Shown: positions 39,194 to 51,869 of the stretch, piece by piece | How positions within the stretch are numbered: position 1 is the stretch's first letter | Layout of the letters: every line of letters begins with the position of its first letter | Assembly: GCA_964016885.1 (NCBI GenBank) | Contig: OZ024741.1 | Span: forward strand, 331,762,001 to 331,826,000 | DNA length: 64,000 nt | Source: Eledone cirrhosa | Taxonomy: Eukaryota | Reading direction: 5' to 3' | Notes under the pieces: model-generated | Seen by the model: the letters and a program-made list of their open reading frames with translations, nothing else | Database searches by the model: none | Told to the model about the DNA's origin: nothing | Program-made: the position numbers and the translations under genes

Positions 39194-40494
39194 GGAATTG
39201 CGAGCATGGTGTTTACATCCGATATCGAACCTCAGGCAGCATATTTAACATCAGGCGCTTTGCTGCGAAGACAAAAGTATTTACATCAGTCATAAGAGAC
39301 CTCTTGTATGCAGATGATTGCGATCTTGTAGCGCACACAGAGAGTGATATGCAGCACATTTTGAATGTATTTTCTGACGCTTGCACTGCCCTGGGTTTGC
39401 CTGTCAGTCTCAAGAAAACCGTCGTCATGTACCAACCTGCCCCTGGTAAGCAGTACACTGAACCAAACATCTATGTGTATGGCAAACGACTTGGAGTGGT
39501 TGATCAGTTTGTCTACCTGGGAAGCACTGTCAATCGATACACCAACCTTGACGGTGAAATCTCACTTAGGATTAGGAAAGCAAGTGATGCTTTCGGAAAG
39601 CTAGAAAGGCGACTCTGGGGTCGGCGAGACATATGCAGGAGGACAAAGGTAAAGGTGTACAGGGCATGTGTACTCTCTTGTCTTCTTTATGCCTGCGAGA
39701 CCTGGGTCACATATCGACGCCACCTTAAGCAATTGGAGCGTTTCCATCAGATGTGTCTCAGACGGATCCATGGCGTTCACTGGAGGGACCACATCAGTGA
39801 TGTCGAGATTTTGGAAAGCTCTATGTGTGACAGTATAGAAGCTCTTGTGCTTAAGCAGCGACTCCGTTGGAGTGGTCACCTTGCCAGGATGAAGGATTCT
39901 AGAATACCAAAACAACTCTTCTATGGAGAGTTGGTTAAAGGAAAACGACCGCCACATAAACCAAAAAAGAGGTATAAGGATTCCTTGAAAGCCTCTCTGA
40001 AAGACGCTAACATCTCTGCTGATACATGGGAAAATGTTGCTGCTGATCGTAACAAATGGAGAAAGACTGTATATGAGGGAAAAGTTGCCTTTGAGGCATC
40101 TCGAATCGCACACGAGAAAGTAAAGCGGGACGTGAGGAAGGGCATTGCTGTTGCACTTCCAGACGGCGAGGGTCCTCCTATGGTTCTGACATGCAGCGTC
40201 TGTGCGAGACTCTGCCTAAGCAAAGCTGGACTCGAAAGTCATCTTCGCAGTCATAAAGTAAGACCAGTGGTTGACTACCAGGCTGCTGTTGGAGATGCTA
40301 CTCATCATGCTTGCCAAACATGTGGTAGAGAATGTAAATCAGCAGGAGGACTCAAGCGACATGCAAAAGTACACGAACTCCAACCACAGCCGACTATTCC
40401 CAGTAAATGTTTTGGTTGCCGACTCTGTGCAAGACATTTTAGATCATTGGCTGGGCTAAAAAGCCACATTCGATCGCAGCACTGTTAGTTGCTA

Positions 40495-40552
<58 letters not shown>

Positions 40553-40626
40553 GCTTATGTGCGTGCGTGTGTGTATATATATATGAATATGTATATTATT
40601 ATTGTTGTTGTCGTTATTATTATTGC

Positions 40627-40669
<43 letters not shown>

Positions 40670-40769
40670 GTTATTAATGTATGTGTGTATATATGTGTGA
40701 GTGTATGTGTATGTATGTGTGTGTGTATATATGTATGTATGTATATGTGTGTATGTGTGTGTGTATATA

Positions 40770-40849
<80 letters not shown>

Positions 40850-40874
40850 TATCTTTTCCCTTTTTTTTTTTTAA

Positions 40875-40933
<59 letters not shown>

Positions 40934-41021
40934 TTTTTTATTTTTTTTTATTTTTTATTTTATTTTATTTTTATGTTTTTCTTGTGCAATGGCCATACTC
41001 GATAACGAGGGGACAGCCATC
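39194..41021 (+). mobile_element. RTE-clade LINE, 5'-truncated, RT plus three C2H2 zinc fingers
   Basis: Open frame 39194-40488: LLYADD, FVYLGS, LLYACETW, RLRWSGH, then three CxxC-x12-HxxxH(-like) fingers; 3' end CTCGATAACGAG..CAGCCATC. Confidence 0.92.
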
Positions 41022-41123
41022 ATGTATCTAAGTATCTATGTGTGTATGTATATATCTAAGTATGTATGTATGTATGTATGTATGTATGTATGTATGTATG
41101 TATGTATGTATGTATCTAAGTAT

Positions 41124-41523
41124 GATGACCCCTTAGCCTTTGTCAAGGCAGAATTCTAGAAGGAAAACTCTGATATAACACCTGCAACCCTGATGGTATC
41201 CAATGATGTTGACTTGTTCTTCTTTTTGGTAAATATCATCTTGGTTAAGAGAGTGGGACTGGCTTTGTGCAGTGCCTTTGCTCACTATAAAAGCTTCACG
41301 GCACAGGCATTGCTTTATATCTGGAGATCTCTCCGCACTTGTCGTCACATGGTACCATGGGCCCAGCACTATGTGTCAATAATTGTCACAAGTGTAGTGT
41401 TTGTACCAGAGTTTTCAAGTCGCTGGCTGGACTAAAAAGTCACACTCGTTCAGCGCATTGGTAGGGGTTCTCCTACATGGATATAAAGTAATGGCCGTAC
41501 TCGAAAACGAGTTGGCAGCCACC
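41124..41523 (+). mobile_element. Bipartite RTE derivative, 5'-truncated
   Basis: Matches 42171-42580. Confidence 0.85.
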
Positions 41524-41965
41524 ATGTATGTATGTATGTATATATCTAAGTATGTATGTATGTATCTATGTATCTATGTGTGTATGTATATATCTAAGTA
41601 TGTATGTATGTATCTAAGTATCTATGTGTGTATGTATATATCTAAGTATGTATGTATGTATGTATGTATGTATGTATCTCAGTATCTATGTGTGTATGTA
41701 TATATCTAAGTATGTATGTATGTATCTAAGTATCTAAGTATCTATGTGTGTATGTATATATCTAAGTAAGTATGTATGTATCTATGTATCTATGTGTGTA
41801 TGTATATATCTAAGTATGTATGTATGTATCTCAGTATCTATGTGTGTATGTATATATCTAAGTATGTATGTATGTATCTAAGTATCTATGTGTGTATGTA
41901 TATATCTAAGTATGTATGTATGTATGTATGTATGTATGTATGTATGTATGTATGTATGTATGTAT

Positions 41966-42580
41966 GTCAGGTCACCAGTTGGTGCTACTAGTAACATGTA
42001 TCCCAGTACAACCTGTCCCATGGTCGGGTCGTTGGCGACTAAACTGGCAACCCCACCAAGGTTTCTTGGTGAGGAGGGTGACTTTGGACATCCTGCAGGA
42101 CTAAAAACAAAACCTGTCAAAGGGCAAAGGAGCTCTTTAGAGTCAATGGCCATCCAAAATCACTGGGAGAGATGACCCCTTAGCCTTTGTCAAGGCAGAA
42201 TTCTAGGAGAAGGAAAACTCTGATATAACACCTGCAACTCTGATGGTATCCAATGATGTTGACTTGTTCTTCTTTTTGGTAAATATTATCTTGGTTAAGA
42301 GAGTGGGACTGGCTTTGTGCAGTGCCTTTGCTCACTATAAAAGCTTCACGGCACAGGCATTGCTTTATATCTGGAGATCTCTGATCTCTCTGCACTTGTC
42401 GTCACATGGTACCATGGGCCCAGCACTATGTGTCAATAATTGTCACAGGTGTAGTGTTTGTACCAGAGTTTTCAAGTCGCTGGCTGGACTAAAAAGTCAC
42501 ACTCGTTCAGCGCATTGGTAGGGGTTCTCCTACATGGATATAAAGTAGTGGCCGTACTCGAAAACGAGTTGGCAGCCACC
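41966..42580 (+). mobile_element. Bipartite non-autonomous RTE derivative, apparently full length (~615 bp)
   Basis: RTE 5'-UTR-like GGAGAAGGAAAACTCTGA motif; terminal finger [22 protein letters not shown]; 3' hairpin CTCG-AAAA-CGAG; (ATGT)n tail. Confidence 0.85.
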
Positions 42581-43545
42581 ATGTATGTATGTATGTATGT
42601 ATGTATGTATGTATGTATGTATGTATGTATGTATGTATGTATGTATCTAAGTATCTAAGTATCTATGTGTGTATGTATATATCTAAGTATGTATGTATGT
42701 ATGTATCTAAGTATCTATGTGTGTATGTATGTATCTAAGTATCTATGTATGTATGTATATATCTAAGTATCTATGTGTGTATGTATATATCTAAGTATGT
42801 ATGTAAGTATCTAAGTATCTATGTGTGTATGTATCTATGTGTGTATGTATATATCTATGTATCTAAGTATCTAAGTATCTATGTGTGTATGTATATATCT
42901 AAGTATGTATATATCTAAGTAAGTACTATCTAAGTTGTGGCCAATGGTAATGGCACAAACCAAACAATGAAAAGTTTGTTATGTTCTTTAATTCAGTCAT
43001 TCTGCCTCGCTGATATGCAGAACCTCAGGTGTATATTGCTATATGGTCCCTAGTGGACTTATCAGCAAAGGGCTTCTTTTGTGCATGAAAAATGCAAAAT
43101 GTTGCACAATGTTGTAAATGAGAATTTTGTTGCAAATATGTAAAACTTGGTCAATGGTGAAACAAACAAAAAGACTTGCTACATTTAGTAGAAAATGAAA
43201 GAAAATAAAGAACGGTACAAGAGATGAATATAAAGGCTGGGAGAAGATAAAGCTATTAATATTTTACTGTGGTATTGACAGCAAAACAGGAAACAGATAT
43301 GTGTGTGTGTGTGTGTGTGTGTGTGGTGGTGTAAAAACTGTCTGAGAAGAATACGGAAGGTAGATGTAGAACTTAAAAGATGAGAATGACAAGGGAATTG
43401 AAAATAATATAAAATTAATAAGGTACTCCTATGATACAATCACTTGTGTGTATGTATGTGTATATAAATATATGTGTGTGTATGTATATATATATACACA
43501 CACATATATTTATATATATATATATACGTATATATATATGTATGC

Positions 43546-43590
<45 letters not shown>

Positions 43591-43605
43591 TATATATATG
43601 TATGC

Positions 43606-43663
<58 letters not shown>

Positions 43664-44206
43664 TATATATATACATACATATGAATGTATATATGTATAT
43701 ATATATATATATGTATAGCAGTATATGTGTGGCAGTAAAAGTATCGTACACTTTGCTAGCAGCCAAAGTGTACGATAACTTTTTATATATATATAAATGG
43801 GTAACTGAAAATGTACCAATGTGTATATAAATATATACATATATCTAATATGTAGGCATGCAAACATGCCAGAAAATACAAATTTCCCTGTAAACTGAAA
43901 AAATTATATACATACACACACATATACACCTTTGAAAGGGCTTGCCGAATACAAGCCTAACATGTCTTTAATTTCTTTACACACACACATATATATAGAT
44001 GGATTCTCGATGTATATCAGGAGGTGACTACATTTACAAAAGGTATTCAATACGTTAGTAAAGTATAGGCATATTTATCTTATTATAGAAATGACCTCAA
44101 CATGACTAGAACTGTTTAATTTATAAGAATTCATCAGTTCTAGTCCTGCAGAAGTCATTTCCATAATCTGTATATATATATATATACAGTATATATATAT
44201 ATATAA

Positions 44207-44725
44207 TAATTGTTTCTAAATTTGGCACAAGGCCAGCAGTTACCCAGTACATTACTGGTACTTTATTTTATCGACCCCGTAAGGATGAAAGGCAAAGTTA
44301 ACCTCAGCGGGATTTGAACTTAGACCATAAAGGGCCGTAGCTCTTTGCTGCAAAGCATGGCGTCCGACCCTCTACCGATACTGCCAATTCACCGCCCTTC
44401 ATATATATATATATAATAATGATAATGTTTCTACTCTTGGCACAAGGCTAGCAATTACCCCAGTGCATTACTGGTGCCTAACCCTAACCCTAAGGATGAA
44501 AGGCAAATAATAATAATAATAATGGTTTCTTATATAGGCATAAGGCCAGTGATTTGGGGGGAGGGGAAGTCGATTAAATTGACTCCAGTGCGTGACTGGT
44601 ACTTTATTTTATTGACCCCATGAGGATAAAAGGCAAAGTTAACCTCGGCGGGATTTGAACTCAGATCATAAAGGGCCGTAACTCTTTGCTGCAAAGCGTG
44701 GTGTCTGACCCTCTACCGATATTTC
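44207..44725 (-). mobile_element. Three tandem family A SINEs
   Basis: Copies at about 44207-44397, 44424-44506 and 44520-44725. Confidence 0.85.
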
Positions 44726-44731
44726 CAAGGA

Positions 44732-44886
44732 CTAGGTGTTAGATCTTCATTACATTTATTGAGGTGTAATGACAGAATTCTGACCAGCTTTTGATTCCAT
44801 AGCCGGACCAGATGATATAGATTGAGCTGATCAATTGTGAAATGTGCGTAGCACCTCAATAAATGTAATGAAGATCTAAAACCGGG
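44732..44886. mobile_element. MITE with ~28-bp perfect TIR core
   Basis: TTAGATCTTCATTACATTTATTGAGGTG / CACCTCAATAAATGTAATGAAGATCTAA. Confidence 0.7.
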
Positions 44887-45120
44887 TCTTTTTTTAATTA
44901 TTTTTATGCTCTGCATAGCACAACACCACCATTATACCTACAGGAAACTACACATCATGTGCTCACTTTGGTTCACTTTTTTATTATTATTTTTTATTAT
45001 TATTGTAAACTGGACGTTACAATCACTAAACTATATACAGGTAAAATTCCATTATAACGAACACAATTATAACAAATTTTTCAGTATAACAACATTTTTT
45101 TAAATCCCTGGCCACCAGCT

Positions 45121-46085
45121 TATTAATAATAATAAAATTATTGTGTACAGTGCTCAGGTGCACTACAACTCATCAAAGGTGCATGTATAGTACATAGAAT
45201 AATATACAAATGTCAGGGAAGTGAATAGTGTATGAGTCATGATATACATGTGTGCGTGTGTATGGAGGGGGAATATTAAGTGTAGTGTTGGCGAATCTCA
45301 GGAAGCATGGAGGTTTTAAAGGATGCAGTGTTTCGACAGCTAATAACTGACGCAGGTAGTTTGTTCCATGCTTCAGCAACTCTGAGCGTGAAAAAATGTT
45401 TCCGAAAGTCATGGGAACTGTGCTGTTTTCTAACTTTGTGGGCATGCCCACGTGTGTTAAACACATGGAAATCAAAAAAGTACTCAGGGTTGTTGTTGGC
45501 AAGATGGTTAATAATTTTGTGGGTGTTTACCAAGTCAGTTGCCAGACGTCGGAGCGTCAATGTATCCATGCCCAGGGAAGCAAGGCGTTCAGAGTATGGT
45601 AGATGTCTGATGGAGGGTATTCGCTTGGTTGCACATCCCTGAACAGTTACCAGGAGGTCAATGTTCTGAGCAAGATAGGGGTTCCAGACTGGTGATGTAA
45701 ATTCTAAGTGTGGCCGCACCATAACTATATACAGCTTTAAATAGATAGCTGGAGAGTGGCTGACAAAGATCTTGCTGAGTGATGCTAAGACACCATTGGC
45801 CTTCTTGACAATTTTAGAGATGTGCTTCGTCCAATGCAAATCGCTGCTGACCATAATGCCCAGGTCACGTTCACAAGAAGACTTCTTGATATTAGTGCTG
45901 TGGAGGGAGTATGTAGACGGTGGGTTTTTATTCCCAAAATGCATGGGGGTACATTTGTCCACAGCCAGCTTGAGTTGCCAGTCTGTGATCCATTGTTGCA
46001 TTGTGTCCAGGTCAGATTGCAGGCAAGATCTATAGTGTCCCTTTTATCTCAAGGTACAGCTTGCTGTCATCTGCATATTTCATAA
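45121..46085 (-). mobile_element. CR1 3' fragment
   Basis: ORF 45276-46001 homologous to 34460-35187; (ATT)n tail. Confidence 0.92.
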
Positions 46086-46346
46086 AACAATGATAAAAGA
46101 ACCTCGTTATAACGAAATTCATTACAACGAATATTTCAGTACAATGAACGGAAATCGAATCCCAAGCAGCCAAAATTTCTCGCTACAATGAAAAACAATT
46201 TTTTCGACACACTCCTTCTCGCAGGGGTCCCGGCTGGAGTTGGGTTTACTAACTATGAAGCCTATTTGAAAATTATTCAAAAGAACATATCTGAAACACA
46301 CACACACTCACATACATTAATAGATACATATACATACATATATATA

Positions 46347-46790
46347 TTATCATCATCATCAGCATCGTTTAATGTCAGCATGGGTTAGACAGGAATTGTC
46401 CCACTTGAGGCAAGATTGATCAGGTGACCGTGTCTCGCTCGTATAGGACTATTTGCCAGGTTTTCTATGGCTGGATGCCCTTCCTAACACCAACCACATT
46501 TACAGTGTGGACTGGGAGGCTTTTTACTGTTTCTCCTAAAGCGTGGACTGAGTGCTTTTTTGTTGTGACACCTACACGACCTCTGTAGTTTGGACTGGAT
46601 GTTGTGGTACTAACATAACTTTACAGAGAAAGGGTGGTGTTGGTGGGAGTGGGAGGATGGAGTAGGGGTAGTGGGTTGTGGTGTATATTTGGTTAAGAGG
46701 TGCCTACTGACTGTAGTTTAACTTTGTATGTAGAGAAGGCAGGTCTTCTGTATTACCTCGGAGCGCCAAAGATCTCGATCCAGTGACAGT
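46347..46790 (-). mobile_element. RTE-type LINE 3' end, older subfamily
   Basis: Homologous 3' UTR with (ATG)n tail. Confidence 0.8.
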
Positions 46791-48536
46791 CTTAGAGATA
46801 TGATTATTATAACATAAAATACATAGCTAAAAAATAATTGTAATGCAAATTTATATGACAGAAAACAAATGAAGGAGACATATTTGAACATATTTAAACT
46901 GCAGTTGCCTCCAGTATTCACAGGGGTTACCTGCCTAGAGCACCAGCGAATATTGGACATGGTCCATAAAAATTCCTATAAACATCAATACATAATGTAA
47001 AATATAGGCTGACAAATACGGTTTATTGTTATTAATAATCTAGCATTAAAAAGCGTGAAAAAATATATATTCCCATAAAAACCGCCATTAAAATATCACA
47101 GGAGATATTTACAATTCCGCGAATATGCGGTGGTTTCCATGAACAATTATTAGTTAGGTTCTAAGGATCTAAGGAAAATCTGCGAATAACCGGGACCGCA
47201 AATGCTGGGGTTACACTGTATATATTTATATTTTATTGCATGATACAGTCATATTGCAGGTATTTTTAAATACGAGGTAATAACAAACAAATGCTCGATT
47301 TGTTTCGGTCGATCTCGTTACAACAAATTTTTTTTTGTACCCTGTGAATTTCGTTATAACGGAATTTTACTGTACACACATATATATATATATATAGAGA
47401 GAAAGTGAGATACACACACACACAAATATATATAAATGTATACATAATCATCATCACTGGATCTATTTTCGATGCTTGCATGTGAACTGATTGCTGCTGA
47501 GATATGGCATCCAATATGTTCACTAGTAAAGATACTATAAACATTTCAATGAACACATCCATTTTTAGATATTTTCTACAAAATCATTATAGGATGTTAA
47601 GAGTTAAAGCAGATAATTATATATTGTAAAACGAGAGGTAGTTGTGTGTAGTTTGGTATCAAAAGGGTTAAATTCCAGATTTATGCAGCCATACAGGGCT
47701 ACATAACTATATTCCTTAACCAAACCTTTTAGCTTTCAGACCAATTATTAGAATGATTATATTGCATATTAATAAAATAAATCTTTCTCTCATTTTCCTT
47801 TCTTATTTTCCTTTTCACAGCAACGTTGGTCGTTGTTAATCATATAAATTCTTCATTTAATTATCTAAAGATATAGAGTTTTCCAGAACCATAGAGTTTT
47901 ATCGTTTATTGAATGAATATTAAAGTTTGGTCTTATAATTCTATACAAAGCCACGCTATTATATTCCTTCCCAGACCTTTCACCTTTCACACCAATTATT
48001 ATCATAATTACATTATATATATATATATTAATATTAATAAAATAAATCTTCTTCATTGCATTTTCATCTTTGCACACACTTTAGTCATTGCTGATGTTGT
48101 TGTCGTCATCATTGTTGTTGTTGTTAATGATATAATTGTTCGTTAAATTCAAAGATATAGATTTTTCCCCGGAATGGTAAGAGTCTTATCTTATCATTTA
48201 TTGAATGAATTTTAAAGGAAGGAAGGAATATCAAATTTATCTCTCTGGTCATACTTAAAAGAGCCAACGTTTTATTGAATTTATTAATACATTAATTAGA
48301 AACAGTATTAGCTGAACTAGATTCTAAAGCTGCCATTTGTCAGGGGAGATTTAACCTTAGCAACATGCAATGCAACTAGAGAGAAATTTCCAATTAAGTA
48401 CAAACAATTACCGTATTTGGGAATTATTGAAGACTTGTATGTTTAGGGCCAAGAAGTGGAGGACACTTTTAGGCATAGCAATAAGTTCTTCATAAAGTTA
48501 TTGGAACTGAAGCAAAAATTAATTAATCATTAAGGC

Positions 48537-48840
48537 ATGGGGAGGCACGTGTCCTAATGGTTAGGGTGTTGGACTTACATTCATAACATTGTTGTGGGTT
48601 CGATTCCTGGACTGGGTTGTGTGTTGTTTTCTTGAAAAAAACACTTCTTTTAGCATTGCTCCAGTTTACTCAGCTTAAAATGAGTACCAGCAATAGCTGG
48701 GATGGGTGGGATAGGGTGGGGTGGGGGGGTGGGGGGTGGGGGGTTAACCTTGCAATGCATTGGCATCCTGTCCCAGGGGGAATCTTGTGCTCTCAGTTGC
48801 TTCATGCCATGGAAACTGGGATAAGCACTGGCTCAAGACA
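48537..48840 (+). mobile_element. Old CORE-SINE
   Basis: A and B boxes (GGTTCGATTCC) and CORE-like body. Confidence 0.7.
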
Positions 48841-49159
48841 GACTTTAGGCATTTTTTAGACTTAGACATATAGCCTAGTGGTTAAAGTCATAGTTTGGAC
48901 TGGGTTGTGTGTTATGTTCTTGAACAAAATACTTTATCATATGCTGCTCCTTCTGCCATGAATTGTAACCAGTAGACAGTATCAGCAATGGAAAGTCTGC
49001 ATGCTTAAAAGTAGTAGTTCTAGATATAGAAATGGTTGGGACAGGAACAGAAATACACATTAGTTAATGTGGTCTTAAATATAAAGGAAGGGATTGGTAG
49101 TCATATCATTGCTGGAACAACTTTGATAATAAGTTAGCATCTGGGCAGACCTTGGGCTA

Positions 49160-49369
49160 AACAGCATCAGCAACAACAATAACAATACCAACAACAGAAG
49201 CATCAAAAACAAAAAAAAACATCAAGACCAACAGTAACAACATCAACAACAATGTCAACAACAACAACAAAAATAACAATGTAACTACAATGTTAAGAAC
49301 ATTAACAACAAAAGATGTCAACATCAACATCAACAACAATAATGTTAACATGAACAACAACAACAGCAA

Positions 49370-49446
<77 letters not shown>

Positions 49447-49538
49447 GCAGCAACAACAACATCAACAATAGTGTCAACAACAACAACATTATTAGCAACA
49501 ACAAAAATGTCAACATCAACATCAATAACAAGAATGTC

Positions 49539-49571
<33 letters not shown>

Positions 49572-49600
49572 AACAATAACAACAACAACAATAATGTACA
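49160..49600. repeat. (CAA)n-rich microsatellite
   Basis: Degenerate AAC/ATC repeats. Confidence 0.92.
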
Positions 49601-49915
49601 ATATAGAAACAAAACAGAACAGCTAATACAGCTTACTTTCCCAAGAAAGATTAACAACAGATTTACTAAATATATATTTTATAACAAAATATAGATTACA
49701 TATTCTTATCTAGTTTTCTTGAAATCCTTTTTCAGCTGGAATATCTATCTTGGGAGATTTCCAAAACATTATTCTTCACATAGAATTCAATTCTGAAATC
49801 CTTTGAGGCATGAATTAAAATGACTCACTAGAAAATAATTCATACCAAAATAAACCCCTGTTCTTTTTATTTTAAAATTATTTTATTGTATTTCGTTTAT
49901 ATACATGTATGTATG

Positions 49916-49955
<40 letters not shown>

Positions 49956-50028
49956 CCCTTGCAAGCAGGGATAAAGCGGACGTAAAATGAAAATGAAATG
50001 AATATACTTATATATATATATATATATA

Positions 50029-50208
50029 CGTTATTCCGGGTTGAATCGGAGGTAACCACAGTAAGTAAGGTACTCAATACATAGCAGAGTATAATAGTTT
50101 TAATATAGATGAGATTCTACAGGACTAGAACTGTTTCATTCATTAGGATTCCTGATGATTTCTAATGAATGAAACAGTTCTAGTCCTGTAGAATCTCATC
50201 TATATTAA

Positions 50209-50212
<4 letters not shown>
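50029..50212 (-). mobile_element. Penelope-like pLTR remnant, hammerhead family 1 (hammerhead 50147-50195, +)
   Basis: Inverted copy of 6547-6742 with a different inversion point; GATTC-CTGATGA..GAAACAG..CTGTA/GAATC. Confidence 0.8.
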
Positions 50213-50250
<38 letters not shown>

Positions 50251-50317
50251 TTATATATATATATATACTTATATATATATATATATATACTTATATATAT
50301 ATATATATATATATATA

Positions 50318-50356
<39 letters not shown>

Positions 50357-50411
50357 TTATATATATATATATATATATATATATACTTATATACTTATAT
50401 ATATATATATA

Positions 50412-50793
50412 TACAATATTAAATAAATGGAAAACTATATTTATAAAACCATATCTATTTCATTATATATATTTCGGGGATATCATATTAACAATATGCT
50501 ATGCCTTCATCAGACAAAATACAATATAAACCTCTTCAAATGAAGTTGATGTTTATTACGGTATGTCGAATATATTTATCTATAAAACTGTTTATATTGT
50601 ATTTTGTCTGATGAAGGCATAGCATATTGTTAATATGATATCCCCGAAATATATATAATGAAATAGATATGGTTTTATAAATATAGTTTTCCATTTATTT
50701 AATATTGTAAATATACTCCAAATATTTGTCGAGTGCTTTTATATCAGTTATAAATATTTACTAGTTGTAACCCAACAATTTTAAATATAACTT

Positions 50794-50798
<5 letters not shown>
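50412..50798 (+). mobile_element. Penelope-like pLTR remnant, hammerhead family 2
   Basis: ~120-bp perfect inverted arms (50412-50531, 50590-50709) in (TA)n. Confidence 0.8.
50600..50665 (+). ncRNA. Type I hammerhead ribozyme (mirror copy 50456-50521, -)
   Basis: TATTTTGT-CTGATGA-AGGCATAGCATATT(GTT)AATATGATATCCCC-GAAA-TATATA-TA/ATGAAATA. Confidence 0.8.

Positions 50799-51864
<1,066 letters not shown>

Positions 51865-51869
<5 letters not shown>

Larger units (their letters stand above)
37435..42925. repeat. (TATG)n-derived satellite with ~36-40-bp TCTAAG higher-order unit, interrupted by retroelements
   Basis: Repeated TATCTAAGTATCTATGTGTGTATGTATATATCTAAGTATG(TATG)n. Confidence 0.92.
45038..47372. 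mobile_element. pogo/Tigger-like element hosting nested insertions
   Basis: TIRs CAGGTAAAATTCCATTATAACGAA / TTCGTTATAACGGAATTTTACTG with TA flanks; contains CR1, RTE and a second MITE (46902-47218). Confidence 0.65.

Noticed and set aside
41990-42050. HDV-like ribozyme at the 5' end of the bipartite RTE element
   Set aside because: A P4-like hairpin and CUAA are present, but I could not fit P1, P3 and L3 by eye; needs a descriptor search.
49157-49694. Poly-Asn and poly-Leu ORFs
   Set aside because: (CAA)n microsatellite.
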